Assembly (NCBI GenBank): GCA_964645405.1
Contig: CAZYCA010000034.1
Location: 70,131-134,130, forward strand
Length of the DNA stretch: 64,000 bases
DNA from: an uncultured bacterium
GTDB lineage: Bacteria > Ratteibacteria > UBA8468 > B48-G9 > DSTR01
Reading direction: 5' to 3'
Shown here one piece after another: positions 1 through 9,401 of the stretch (position 1 is the stretch's first letter; every line of letters begins with the position of its first letter). The notes under the pieces were generated by a model. The model worked only from the letters and a program-made list of their open reading frames with translations. It had not been told where the DNA came from and did no database searches. A program made the translations under genes and the position numbers.

Positions 1-462
1 CCTGCTTTCTGTGATATAAATCATTCTGGCTGCCCCAATTTTAGGATACTTAATCTCCATCGCCGCCTTGGTTGTCTGGCCTAATTCCCAGTAAACACCA
101 TAACTGTATCTATTGGTGGGAGCACCGGCAGTGGTATAACCTATACCATCTCTGTAGGAAGGACACCAGAAAGTCTGAAGATTCCTGACATAACCGCCGT
201 CATAAAGATGACTCAGGTATCCATTTTTACCAGCCCCGCCTCGGGGACCATCAGCCTGATAGGGAAGGAAACCATTCCAGTCGTTAGCATAAAGGTGGGC
301 ACCTAAAACAATCTGTTTCAGGTTATTCAAACAGCTTGCCTGCCTGGCTTTTTCCCTGGCCTGACCGAGGACCGGCAAAAGCAAAGCTGCTAAAATAGCG
401 ATGATGGCAATCACCACTAAAAGTTCAATCAGGGTAAAACCAGTCTCACTCTTCTGTGACAT
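1..462 (-). CDS. Prepilin-type N-terminal cleavage/methylation domain protein (DUF1559-type pilin-like). Partial: the C-terminus lies beyond the window edge.
   Basis: The reverse-strand ATG is at 462-460 and is preceded by AAAAAGGAGG. The translation begins [51 protein letters not shown], a classic type IV pilin leader followed by a hydrophobic helix. The open frame runs to position 1. The six-frame track omits it because no stop codon falls inside the window. Confidence 0.8.
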   Translation of the reverse strand, partial: MSQKSETGFTLIELLVVIAIIAILAALLLPVLGQAREKARQASCLNNLKQIVLGAHLYANDWNGFLPYQADGPRGGAGKNGYLSHLYDGGYVRNLQTFWCPSYRDGIGYTTAGAPTNRYSYGVYWELGQTTKAAMEIKYPKIGAARMIYITESR

Positions 463-626
463 TTTGCGCCTCCTTTTTTTCGCGATAAATGAACACTTTT
501 GCTCCATTTTACACTGTCAGGGACAGAATGTCAAATTTCTAATCAGACAAAGATAGACAATATCACTGCTCTGGAGTATGCCATCTTTCCTGTGGTATCC
601 TTAAACCTCTTACGGAAAGGGAAAAA

Positions 627-2420
627 ATGGTTTCCAGGCGCAATTTCAGTATTATCGCCCATATAGACCACGGGAAATCAACTCTGGCTGATAGACTGAT
701 TGAGACTGTCGGGCTTATCAGCAAGAGGGACTTCCACGAACAGTTACTGGATACAATGGAAATTGAGAGGGAAAGGGGTATTACCATTAAAAGTCAGACC
801 ATTAACCTGCCCTATCAAACCCCAAACGGGCAAATGGTGGAACTTAATCTCATTGACACACCAGGACATGTTGATTTCTCTTATGAGGTCTCCAGAGCGT
901 TAGCCTGCTGTGAAGGTGCTCTTCTGGTGATAGATGCCAGCTGTGGTGTCCAGGCACAAACACTGGCCTGTGTTTACCATGCTCTGGAGCACAATCTGGT
1001 GATTATTCCGGTAATCAACAAGATTGATTTACCAACCGCTGATGTGGAAAGGACAAAAGAGGAAATTAAGAGCCAGCTGGGTCTGGACCCGGAAGAAGCT
1101 CTGCTTTGTTCTGCAAAGGAAGGTACAGGAATAGAGAATGTTTTCAAGGCTATTGTGGAACGTATCCCACCACCTTCCGGAAGTCCTGAAAAACCGCTTG
1201 CGGCTCTTATCTTTGACGCTCAGTATGATTCCTTTCGCGGGGTGGTAGTCAGTATCAGGGTCTTTGACGGTGAAATCAGGCCTGGAGACAGAATTAAACT
1301 TTTGTCTTCAGGTAATATCCACCAGGTAGAAGAAGTAGGGATCTTTCGTCTCAGAAGAGAAAGCTGCCCGGTTCTTTCCGCTGGTTCAGTAGGTTATCTT
1401 ATTGCCGGGCTTAAAGACGTGGCAGAAACGAGGATAGGAGATACAGTTACCCGCCAGGACAGACCAGTAGCAGTAGCTTTACCTGGCTTCCGGGAGATGA
1501 AACCAACAGTTTTCTGCTCTCTCTACCCTATCTCAGCTGAGGATTATCCCGGACTGGCTGACGCTTTAGCCAGGTATGTGCTGAACGATGCTGCTTTTGT
1601 CTACCAGAGGGAATCTTCAGCTGCTTTAGGACAGGGTTTCCGGTGCGGTTTCTTAGGAATGCTTCATCTGGAGGTTGTTCAAGAGCGGCTGCAGAGAGAA
1701 TTCCAGCAATCTGTTATTCTGACTCCACCTACAGTCCAGTACCGCTTCTGGCTTCATGATGGCAGCAATCTGCTGGTGGATAACCCCTTTCACTACCCTG
1801 AGCCAGCCAGGATTCGCTCTGTAGAGGAGCCTTATGTGCAGCTGACAATTCTTACCCCGGAAAGATACCTGGGCGCAGTTATTAACCTGTGCCTGAAACG
1901 TCGGGCAGTCCAGGTCAGACACCGTTTTCTGCGACCGGGCCATGTAGAAATAGATAGCCAGCTACCTCTGGCTGACGTTATCTTTGACTTTCATGATACT
2001 TTGAAAAGTATTACCCAGGGATATGCTTCCTTTGATTACCAGCCGGATTGTTATCGTCCTGCTGATATTGTTAAACTTGACATTCTCATCAACGGTGAAA
2101 AACTGGATGCTCTCTCCATGATAATTCATCGCCAGAAAGCCTACCACCGAGCAGTCCAGATTTGTGAAAAACTCAAAAAAGAAATACCCCGTCATCAATT
2201 TCAGATAGTCATTCAGGGAGCCATCGGCGGTCGGATAATTGCCCGTTCTACTATCCCTGCTTTCCGGAAGGATGTAACTGCTAAGTGTTATGGTGGAGAT
2301 GTTACCCGGAAAAGGAAACTTCTGGAAAGACAGAAAGAAGGGAAAAAGAAAATGAAGATGGTGGGCTCGGTGATGATTCCTCAAAAAGCCTTTGTGGCAG
2401 CAATGAAAATTGAGGAATGA
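627..2420 (+). CDS. lepA: Elongation factor 4 (LepA), a translational GTPase
   Basis: The G-domain motifs are NFSIIAHIDHGKSTLADRL, DTPGHVDF and NKID. The length is 597 aa and the LepA-specific C-terminus is present. The ATGA stop/start overlap with hemW fits the conserved lepA-hemW gene order. Confidence 0.95.
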   Translation: MVSRRNFSIIAHIDHGKSTLADRLIETVGLISKRDFHEQLLDTMEIERERGITIKSQTINLPYQTPNGQMVELNLIDTPGHVDFSYEVSRALACCEGALLVIDASCGVQAQTLACVYHALEHNLVIIPVINKIDLPTADVERTKEEIKSQLGLDPEEALLCSAKEGTGIENVFKAIVERIPPPSGSPEKPLAALIFDAQYDSFRGVVVSIRVFDGEIRPGDRIKLLSSGNIHQVEEVGIFRLRRESCPVLSAGSVGYLIAGLKDVAETRIGDTVTRQDRPVAVALPGFREMKPTVFCSLYPISAEDYPGLADALARYVLNDAAFVYQRESSAALGQGFRCGFLGMLHLEVVQERLQREFQQSVILTPPTVQYRFWLHDGSNLLVDNPFHYPEPARIRSVEEPYVQLTILTPERYLGAVINLCLKRRAVQVRHRFLRPGHVEIDSQLPLADVIFDFHDTLKSITQGYASFDYQPDCYRPADIVKLDILINGEKLDALSMIIHRQKAYHRAVQICEKLKKEIPRHQFQIVIQGAIGGRIIARSTIPAFRKDVTAKCYGGDVTRKRKLLERQKEGKKKMKMVGSVMIPQKAFVAAMKIEE

Positions 2421-3595
2421 CAGGAAAAACTGACTTTCTTGAAAACTTCAGCGAACCAGCAGGTTTGTATATCCATGTACCCTTCTGCCGGTTCCGCTGC
2501 CCCTACTGCGATTTTTGCAGCACCACAGATTTAACTCTGATTCCTTTATGGCGGAAAAGTATTGTGGAAGAAGCAAAAATGTGGGCAGAAAAATTCCCCT
2601 TTTTTGACACTCTTTACTTTGGTGGGGGTACTCCTTCTCTCTTAAAAATTACAGACCTTGCCTGGCTGATGAAGGAACTGGGGAAAGTTTTTTCTTTCTC
2701 TCCTGACCTGGAACTTACCATAGAAACCAATCCTGAGGATGTTTGTCCCAGCCGGATGAAAGAACTCAGGGCTTGGGGATTTAACCGCATCAGTCTGGGA
2801 ATACAATCACTTTCTGATGAGAACCTTTCTTTCCTCGGAAGACGCCACACAGCTGCCATGAGTGAAAGAGCGCTTTGGGAAACAAAAGAGGCAGGATTTA
2901 AAAATGTCAGTGTGGACCTCATGTATGGACTTGCTAATCAGCAAAAACAAAACTGGGAGAAAATACTTTTGCGCCTGCTAAAAAATAAGCCAGAGCATAT
3001 CTCCTGTTACCAGCTGACCATCAAAGAGAAAACAGTCTTCGGCAGAAGACAGAAAAGGGGAGAAAAATTGTCTGCCACAGAAGAAAGGCAGGAAGAACTT
3101 TTTCTGGTCACCTCTGCTATCTTACGCAGCCATGGTTATCTCCACTATGAAGTTTCCAATTTTGCAGCAGGAGAAGACCTTAAGTCAAGACATAACCTCA
3201 AATACTGGCGCCGGCAGCCTTACCTGGGACTGGGACCTGGCGCTCACTCTTTCCTGAAAAATAAACGGTGGTGGAATGTGAAGCAGGTGAAAAAATATTG
3301 CCAGATGGTGCTTGACGGTCAGTTGCCTGTGGCCTGCACTGAACTTCTTTCCGGGCAGCAGGAAAAACTGGAAAAAATCTTTCTTGGATTGCGCACTTCA
3401 GATGGCATCCCGGCTAATCTGGTCTCCTGTTTTTCAGGGGAAAATTTCTCCCTCTTAGAAAAGAAATGTTTTCTCCAGAGAAAAGGAGACAGAATTGTTC
3501 CCACAGAAAAAGGATACCTTGTCTGTGATGTTTTACCCCTCTGGCTTTCAGGGGATTGGCCGGTTTTAACTCTTCCCCCTTTGCCGGAAAAATGA
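2417..3595 (+). CDS. hemW: Radical SAM heme chaperone HemW (HemN-like, oxygen-independent coproporphyrinogen-III-oxidase-like)
   Basis: It has the CxxxCxxC radical-SAM motif (FCRFRCPYCDFCS) and the YFGGGTPS motif. The length is 392 aa. The start is coupled to lepA. Confidence 0.85.
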   Translation: MTGKTDFLENFSEPAGLYIHVPFCRFRCPYCDFCSTTDLTLIPLWRKSIVEEAKMWAEKFPFFDTLYFGGGTPSLLKITDLAWLMKELGKVFSFSPDLELTIETNPEDVCPSRMKELRAWGFNRISLGIQSLSDENLSFLGRRHTAAMSERALWETKEAGFKNVSVDLMYGLANQQKQNWEKILLRLLKNKPEHISCYQLTIKEKTVFGRRQKRGEKLSATEERQEELFLVTSAILRSHGYLHYEVSNFAAGEDLKSRHNLKYWRRQPYLGLGPGAHSFLKNKRWWNVKQVKKYCQMVLDGQLPVACTELLSGQQEKLEKIFLGLRTSDGIPANLVSCFSGENFSLLEKKCFLQRKGDRIVPTEKGYLVCDVLPLWLSGDWPVLTLPPLPEK

Positions 3596-3617
3596 TAACA
3601 TAAATAACCGGACAAAA

Positions 3618-4145
3618 ATGTCAAAATTCAAGAAACGGGAATCCCTGGAGAAACAGCTGAAGAGGCTTGAGGAAGAGATGAACCTGACAATTCAGGGAGC
3701 CCCTGATGTTTATCAGATAGAAGAAAAGCAGGGGCCGGATGAATCTTCTCCTGTTTCTCCTTCTCCGTCGGTACCCGGACAAGATTTAACTGCTTCTTCT
3801 AAGGAGATAGAACACCGGGCGCCAGTAACGACTGAATCTTTCCTGCAGATAATTAGGAAACCTTCCTTCTACCTGACATCTGCCGGGATAATCATTATTG
3901 TTCTGTTTCTTTTCTTTGCACCTTTATTTCAATTCAGTACCCCTTTACGTTCTGACAGCGACCTTCCCGGTGTTCAGGTAGCCTTCCGTTATTACTACAA
4001 TATCTTTGGCCAGAAACAAAGAGAAGAAACCATTGTCTTTTTAGACCATAAGAAAGTGGTTATCCTCCTGCCTATGCAGCAATGGGTCAACTTAGAAAAA
4101 TCAAAGAAACTTATGGCGATTGAACACTACCAGAAACAGGACTAA
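3618..4145 (+). CDS. Hypothetical protein with an N-terminal coiled coil, a Pro/Ser-rich linker and a single transmembrane segment
   Basis: It is a 175 aa ORF. The N-terminus is charged and heptad-like (KRESLEKQLKRLEEEM). A hydrophobic stretch GIIIIVLFLFFAPLF follows. No family was recognised. Confidence 0.4.
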   Translation: MSKFKKRESLEKQLKRLEEEMNLTIQGAPDVYQIEEKQGPDESSPVSPSPSVPGQDLTASSKEIEHRAPVTTESFLQIIRKPSFYLTSAGIIIIVLFLFFAPLFQFSTPLRSDSDLPGVQVAFRYYYNIFGQKQREETIVFLDHKKVVILLPMQQWVNLEKSKKLMAIEHYQKQD

Positions 4146-4161
4146 AATTTCACCCGCTTTT

Positions 4162-4368
4162 CCGGAGGACCCCAGCCGGGGCCTGGCAATGAGAAGGACA
4201 TCTCGGCGGACGAAAGGCTACCTAAGCGATTCTTGACGGGAAGCGAGAAAGCAGTTTCATCCTGTGTTTCAGGATTCTACTATCCAGTTGTCTATCATTC
4301 CAGGATTCCCCTGCTATCAACTCCCCTAACAGAAGTTCACCGAATCCGTCCTTCCAGAGGTCCTCCGG
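4162..4368 (+). ncRNA. Candidate structured RNA, a rod-like element of about 207 nt; 6S-like architecture or a structured 5' leader. Unclassified.
   Basis: Four nested long-range helices are visible. 4162-4171 (ccggaggacc) pairs with 4359-4368 (ggtcctccgg), 10/10. 4193-4199 (gaaggac) pairs with 4348-4354 (gtccttc), 7/7. 4238-4243 (gggaag) pairs with 4321-4326 (ctcccc), 5/6. 4251-4254 (gcag) pairs with 4311-4314 (ctgc). Local hairpins sit in the centre, atcctg-tgttt-caggat at about 4263-4279 plus a caggattc repeat. The region is intergenic, and the ORFs overlapping it have no recognisable family. Confidence 0.3.
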
Positions 4369-4533
4369 AAGACAGCGGGAAGCTGGCTGATTTCTATTTT
4401 TGCCTTCTGTTCTCACCTTTCTCCTCTTTTCCATTTAATTATCGGTTCCATCCGCAAAAAAGTTTAGGGGGAAATTTACTTGCATTTTTACTGACAGATG
4501 TTATATTGTTATCCCTGACAACGAGAAGGAGAA

Positions 4534-6279
4534 ATGAAAACCGAAAAACATAAAGTAGATGTGGCAGTAATTGGCGGTGGTCTGACAGGTATCTGTGCTG
4601 CTCTGGCCGCAGCCCGGCATGGCGTGAAAGTGGCTTTAATTCACGACAGGCCGGTTTTAGGTGGTGCCTGTTCCAGCGAAATGAGGGTCCACATTGGTGG
4701 GGCTGACAGTCAGAATCCTGACATGAGGGAAACAGGGATTCTGGAGGAACTACGTCTGGAAAATCTCCGGCGTAATCCCCAGAGCAGTTATTCCCTCTGG
4801 GATACAATCCTTTATGAAAAGGTAAAGATGGAACCACAGCTTGAACTTTTTCTCAACACTACCTGTTTCCAGGCCAGGACCAAGGGACGCCGGATAGAAA
4901 ACGTGACAGGATGGCAGCTTACTACGGAGACAAAACACCTGGTGAAAGCAGAAGTATTTATTGATTGCTCCGGGGACGGAATTCTGGCACCACTTACTGG
5001 TGCCCGCTTCCGCTGGGGTCGGGAAGCAAGGAGTGAATTTAATGAATCCCATGCCCCAGAAAAGGCAGATAAGAAAACGATGGGTATGACCTGTCTTTTC
5101 CAGGCCAGGAAAACAGATTCTCCCCAGCCATTTGAACCGCCAGCCTGGGCTTATGATTTTCCTGAAGAGGAGGATTTACCTTACGGGCAAGCAGGGCATC
5201 GTTACTTTCAGATGGGTTACTGGTGGCTGGAAATGGGTGGAGAAAACGATAGCATCTATGATGCTGAAAGGGTGAGGGATGAACTGCTGAAAATAGTCCT
5301 TGGTGTCTGGGACCACATCAAAAATCACTGTGTCCACCGGGAGGAAGCAGCCAGCTGGGTTCTGGACTGGATTCAGTTTCTTCCCTGCCGCCGGGAATCA
5401 AGAAGGTACGTCACAGAATACATTATGACCCAGAATGATATTGAAGCAGGAGGCCAGTTTGAAGATACGGTCGCCTATGGTGGCTGGCCCATGGATGACC
5501 ACCATCCCGGTGGCTTTCTTCATCCGGAATATAAGAAACAGGCCACTACTTTTTATCCGACACCCTGTCCCTATGGTATTTCTTACCGGGTCTTCTGTCC
5601 TAAAGACATAGACAACCTTCTCTGTGCTGGCCGCTGTGCTGGTTTCACACATATGGCTTTAAGTTCTGCCCGGGTGATGGGTAGTTGTGCCACCATGGGT
5701 CAGGCTGTGGGAACTGCTTCCAGTCTGGCGGTGAAAGAAGGATATGAAAAGGTTCTTACTGTCGGTCAGGAAAAAATCAAAATGCTGCAGCAACTTTTAC
5801 TCAGAGATGATTGTTTTCTCCCGGGTATCAGACAGGAATTTTCTGATCTCACTAAAAATGCTTCCCTCCTTGCTTCTTCTGGTAACCCGGAAGTTCTCAG
5901 GGATGGCTGGAGTAGACCACTTTCTGATTCCAGCCACAGGTGGGAATGCCAGGCAGGGGACCAGGTGACTTATTTACTGGAAAAGTTATCTCTTGTTAAT
6001 CAGGTCAGAATAGTTTTTGATAGTGCCTTCCACCGCCGGATTACTATGAGTCTGCACGGTAACTATGGCCAGCTAACATATCCACCGCCAGAGCTAATCA
6101 GGTCTTTCCATCTGGAGGTGAAAAAATCAGGTCAGTGGGAAACAGTTCACCGGTCTCAGAACAACTGTCAGCGCCTGGTGATTATTCCTTTGGGTAAAGA
6201 AGTAGAGGGAGTAAAACTGGTAGTAGATGGTACCTGGGGTAATGAACGGACAGGTCTTTATGCTTTCTATCTGGAATAG
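4534..6279 (+). CDS. FAD-dependent oxidoreductase (PF12831-like family, of the kind found in PVC-group bacteria)
   Basis: The N-terminal Rossmann dinucleotide motif is VDVAVIGGGLTGICAALAAARHGVKVALIHDRPVLGG. The length is 581 aa. The preceding sequence GGAGAAATG supplies an RBS. Confidence 0.7.
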   Translation: MKTEKHKVDVAVIGGGLTGICAALAAARHGVKVALIHDRPVLGGACSSEMRVHIGGADSQNPDMRETGILEELRLENLRRNPQSSYSLWDTILYEKVKMEPQLELFLNTTCFQARTKGRRIENVTGWQLTTETKHLVKAEVFIDCSGDGILAPLTGARFRWGREARSEFNESHAPEKADKKTMGMTCLFQARKTDSPQPFEPPAWAYDFPEEEDLPYGQAGHRYFQMGYWWLEMGGENDSIYDAERVRDELLKIVLGVWDHIKNHCVHREEAASWVLDWIQFLPCRRESRRYVTEYIMTQNDIEAGGQFEDTVAYGGWPMDDHHPGGFLHPEYKKQATTFYPTPCPYGISYRVFCPKDIDNLLCAGRCAGFTHMALSSARVMGSCATMGQAVGTASSLAVKEGYEKVLTVGQEKIKMLQQLLLRDDCFLPGIRQEFSDLTKNASLLASSGNPEVLRDGWSRPLSDSSHRWECQAGDQVTYLLEKLSLVNQVRIVFDSAFHRRITMSLHGNYGQLTYPPPELIRSFHLEVKKSGQWETVHRSQNNCQRLVIIPLGKEVEGVKLVVDGTWGNERTGLYAFYLE

Positions 6280-6285
6280 AAAAAG

Positions 6286-7518
6286 ATGGAAAAAAAAGAA
6301 AATATCAAACCTGCTTTAGAGGGAACAGTGGAATACCTTCCCATTAAAGGATTGCCGCAGCATGATTCTGTCTGGGGACTGTGCACAGGTAAGGATGGTA
6401 ACATCTACCTTGCTGATTGTGGAGAACTTACCGGAGGTTTAAGTGTTTTCATTTTAAGATATAAAGTAGCAGAACAACAACTGGAGTACCTTGTGGAAGT
6501 TGGACCAGCCCTGGGTGAGCCACCGGATAACGGGCATGCCACGCAGTCCAAGATACACTATTGTCTTCTTCCAGGAAGTGATGGTCTTCTTTACTGTGCT
6601 ACCCATGCTTCTGGTCCACCGCTGGGGGACCCCATCTGGAGGCCGTGGAACTGCTGGGATGACCCGGCCAGATGCTTTCCTGGTTCCTATCTCTTTACTT
6701 TTGACCCGGCTACTGGCAGGATTGATAATTTAGGGATTGGACCGGTCAAAGAAGGTACCAGAGCTATGGCTCTGGATGAAAAAAGAAGATTACTTTATGG
6801 TATTACCTGGCCCAGAAATCACCTTTACATCTATGATTTAAACAAAAAAGTTTACACAGATTTAGGCCGCATCGGTGATATCAATCCTCAGGCGATCTTT
6901 CTTGATAGAGAAGGCAATGCCTGGACCACAGACGACTACGGCTTTTTCTTAAAATGTGACGCCAGACAGCACCAGATTCAAAAACTTCCCACCCGGTGTC
7001 CACATCAGCCTTACCGGTTAGGCTGGCATAATGTACCTTATGACGTCGTCCCGGCTCCGGACTGGTCCTGTTTTTACGGCACAGACTGGGGATATGAATC
7101 ACACCTGTGGCGGTTTGACCCTTACTGCTGTCCGGAAGGAAAAATTGAAGACCTGGGAAGAGCCTATGGCCCGAAAGATTTCAAAACAGATTTATTCCTG
7201 GAACGCTGGCAGGTAAGAGGTCTGGTCTTTGGTATGGATGGTCGCCTTTACTTTACCATGCGTCTGGGATGGGAAAAACCTGAAGAAACTTGGCTTCTGC
7301 GACTTGATGTCAAAACAGGAAAAAGGGAGAAGGTCTGTTGCCTGGTCTTCGGCCAGCATCGTCCACCAGCTATTGCCAGCGCCACACCTGATTTCTATGG
7401 AAATCTCTATTTCGCAGAAGCTGGAGCTGCTGCCTCAGGTATTTACATCTACCGGCCAAAACAAGCCTCTAATAAACCGGATGTTTTTTCTTTCCAGGAC
7501 ATCAAACAATGGGGATAA
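6286..7518 (+). CDS. Seven-bladed beta-propeller repeat protein of an unclassified repeat family; paralog A
   Basis: The 410 aa protein shows 7 repeats of the pattern hYG/hY...(8-12 aa)...LF/LY.YD. Examples are LLYGITWPRNHLYIYDL and NLYFAEAGAAASGIYIYRP. The start lies 7 nt after the oxidoreductase stop. Confidence 0.5.
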   Translation: MEKKENIKPALEGTVEYLPIKGLPQHDSVWGLCTGKDGNIYLADCGELTGGLSVFILRYKVAEQQLEYLVEVGPALGEPPDNGHATQSKIHYCLLPGSDGLLYCATHASGPPLGDPIWRPWNCWDDPARCFPGSYLFTFDPATGRIDNLGIGPVKEGTRAMALDEKRRLLYGITWPRNHLYIYDLNKKVYTDLGRIGDINPQAIFLDREGNAWTTDDYGFFLKCDARQHQIQKLPTRCPHQPYRLGWHNVPYDVVPAPDWSCFYGTDWGYESHLWRFDPYCCPEGKIEDLGRAYGPKDFKTDLFLERWQVRGLVFGMDGRLYFTMRLGWEKPEETWLLRLDVKTGKREKVCCLVFGQHRPPAIASATPDFYGNLYFAEAGAAASGIYIYRPKQASNKPDVFSFQDIKQWG

Positions 7519-8660
7519 ATGCCATGTATTCTGAAGAACAACTGCTGAAAAGAAACTGGCCTCAAAAACCAGCCATTCCCGTGACAGATTACTGTAGCTA
7601 TGTAACACTTGGCCGGGTATTCAACCGCGCCTTGCGTCTGAGGCAAGCCCTTTCCGAACCAATCCCTCCCGGGGAATGTGCAATTACTTCTCTCTGTTTA
7701 GCCAGCAAGGGAAAGATTTATGGTGCCACTTCTGGTCGGCAGAGTCACCTTTTTGTCTATGACCCTGCTCCTCAGGAGGATGGAGTTTATGACCTTTGTC
7801 AGCTGGAAGGTTGTACCGCAGTCTATCATAGTCTGGTAGCCGCAGGAGATTATCTTTATGGCGCCATCACTGAAGGAAACAATCAGGGAAGCTTCTTCCG
7901 TTACAGCTTCAAGGCAAACTCAGGAAAAGAAAAACCCTGTGTTTCTGGAGAAATCCGTTATCTTCCGCCACCAATACCCGGAGAATCAGTCACCGGACTG
8001 GTCCTGGATGCCAACCGTTTTCTCCTGTATGGCATTGGAAGGAAAACCGGGACACTTTTTTGCTATGATCTCTCCGGTGAAAAGCTTCTTTCCAGGGTAC
8101 AGCTGGACAGACACGGATTTTTTTCCGAAACCATTGTTCTGGACCAGGAAGGCAATGTTTATGGTTGTGCCGGCCACAACTATTTCTTCAAAGCCAGTCC
8201 AGGTTATCTTTCTTTACAAATTCTTTCCTTTCGCTTACCGACTGTTGCTGGCCGTAATCTCTATAATCGGCTACAGGCTGCTGTTTTCCATGAAAAGGAT
8301 AATCTGATTTATGGAGCTGGCTCTGCTGACGGTTTGCTTTTTGCTTTTTCTCCGAATAAAGGAAAAGGCTACACCATAGGCAAGGTCACTGCGGCTGCAG
8401 GTTGTCCGGTGCTCATTTTAGGGAAGGATGATTGTCTTTACGGTCTCAATGGAGCAAGAGAAGGTATGGCACATCTTTTCCGGTATGAGCTGGCAAGCCG
8501 CTGCCTGGATGACCTGGGCATACTTTATGCCTCCAGCGAGATACCCTGGCACGGTTATGAATTCGCCTGTGGCTGCCTGGGCTCCAACGGTGAGATTTAT
8601 TTTGGGGAATGTGATAGAATCAGCCACCTTTTTATGTACTTTCCACCTTATGGCCGCTGA
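7509..8660 (+). CDS. Seven-bladed beta-propeller repeat protein; paralog B of the preceding gene
   Basis: The 383 aa protein has 7 blades with a YG...LF.YD signature. Examples are KIYGATSGRQSHLFVYDP, LLYGIGRKTGTLFCYDL and EIYFGECDRISHLFMYFP. Blades align position by position with 6286..7518. The start overlaps the upstream stop; an alternative ATG is at 7524. Confidence 0.5.
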   Translation: MGINAMYSEEQLLKRNWPQKPAIPVTDYCSYVTLGRVFNRALRLRQALSEPIPPGECAITSLCLASKGKIYGATSGRQSHLFVYDPAPQEDGVYDLCQLEGCTAVYHSLVAAGDYLYGAITEGNNQGSFFRYSFKANSGKEKPCVSGEIRYLPPPIPGESVTGLVLDANRFLLYGIGRKTGTLFCYDLSGEKLLSRVQLDRHGFFSETIVLDQEGNVYGCAGHNYFFKASPGYLSLQILSFRLPTVAGRNLYNRLQAAVFHEKDNLIYGAGSADGLLFAFSPNKGKGYTIGKVTAAAGCPVLILGKDDCLYGLNGAREGMAHLFRYELASRCLDDLGILYASSEIPWHGYEFACGCLGSNGEIYFGECDRISHLFMYFPPYGR

Positions 8661-9349
8661 TTATTCTCCACCAGGCTACTGTATTTCTGAAGAACTTCCA
8701 CTAATGGTAAGGCTTCTTTAGGCATGGGCACTGCTTGTCGGAAGAGGATGTCCCGTAAACTGATACCTTTTTTTTCGTAAAATTCTTCATTAGCCTTATC
8801 ATCACTCACCAGAAAACCGCCCTCAAAGGAAGCTCCGGCATAAGCACCCTGTGTGCGGGAATAAACTAAAACAGCTGTCCCTGGAGAAACCTTAGCCGCC
8901 ACATCCCTGCCCACAGGTCCAAGCGCGGCAGAAGCATCAACACCAATCTTGAATTTTGTTTTAGACAGCATCTCCATACCTTCTTCATTCATAATCAGTA
9001 AAACGCAATCCACTGCCTGGCCGCCAATCTGAAAACCAAAGCTACCCTCTCCGGAGGCGACAAAAGCCGGTGGACTCCAGAGTTTTGACTTTTTATCACG
9101 AACAAGAACCACGCCGGTACCACCCTTCACACCTAACAAAAAACCTGCCCTGTACTGCCTGAGGATGAGAATTCCATAACAGGACTGAAGAAGTGTCTGG
9201 GGGATGGAATAGTCCGGTGCCTCCATTAAAGTTACCAGATACTGCCTGGCTTTCTCCAGCCTTCTCACCAGTTCTTTCGGAGCTGCCTGCAAAGTTACAT
9301 TTACGGCAAGAAAAAATACCAGTGTGTGAAATACTGTTTTTCTCATCAT
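8648..9349 (-). CDS. SYLF (DUF500/Ysc84-like) lipid-binding domain protein, secreted
   Basis: Translation from the ATGATG at 9349 gives MMRKTVFHTLVFFLAVNVTLQA, a signal peptide, with an AGGAGG RBS upstream. The body contains SYLF-type motifs (GGTGVVLVRD...GFQIGGQAVDCVLLI...GVDASAALGPVGR). The longer 309 aa ORF in the track is probably an over-extension. Confidence 0.6.
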   Translation of the reverse strand: MMRKTVFHTLVFFLAVNVTLQAAPKELVRRLEKARQYLVTLMEAPDYSIPQTLLQSCYGILILRQYRAGFLLGVKGGTGVVLVRDKKSKLWSPPAFVASGEGSFGFQIGGQAVDCVLLIMNEEGMEMLSKTKFKIGVDASAALGPVGRDVAAKVSPGTAVLVYSRTQGAYAGASFEGGFLVSDDKANEEFYEKKGISLRDILFRQAVPMPKEALPLVEVLQKYSSLVENNQRP

Positions 9350-9401
9350 CCCTCCTTCCAAAACTATTATACAACTTTTCTGTTTTCCTGTCTCCCTTAT
9401 C

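Noticed and set aside
700-903. The many 60-140 aa antisense or out-of-frame ORFs inside large genes, such as 700-903, 1653-1943, 1962-2384 and 9096-9374
   Set aside because: They lie entirely within strongly supported CDSs in other frames and have no independent signals. They are treated as frame noise.
4330-4380. Resemblance of aggtcctccggaagacagcgggaagc to the SRP RNA domain IV motif AGGUCCGGAAGGAAGCAGC
   Set aside because: The segment pairs with a partner 187 nt upstream instead of forming the apical SRP hairpin, and it has inserted nucleotides. It is probably coincidental.
4222-4553. ORFs of 70 aa (minus strand) and 106 aa (plus strand) overlapping the intergenic structured region
   Set aside because: They have no recognisable motifs and no RBS, and their composition is odd. 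The region is better explained by nested RNA helices, so they are not called as CDS.
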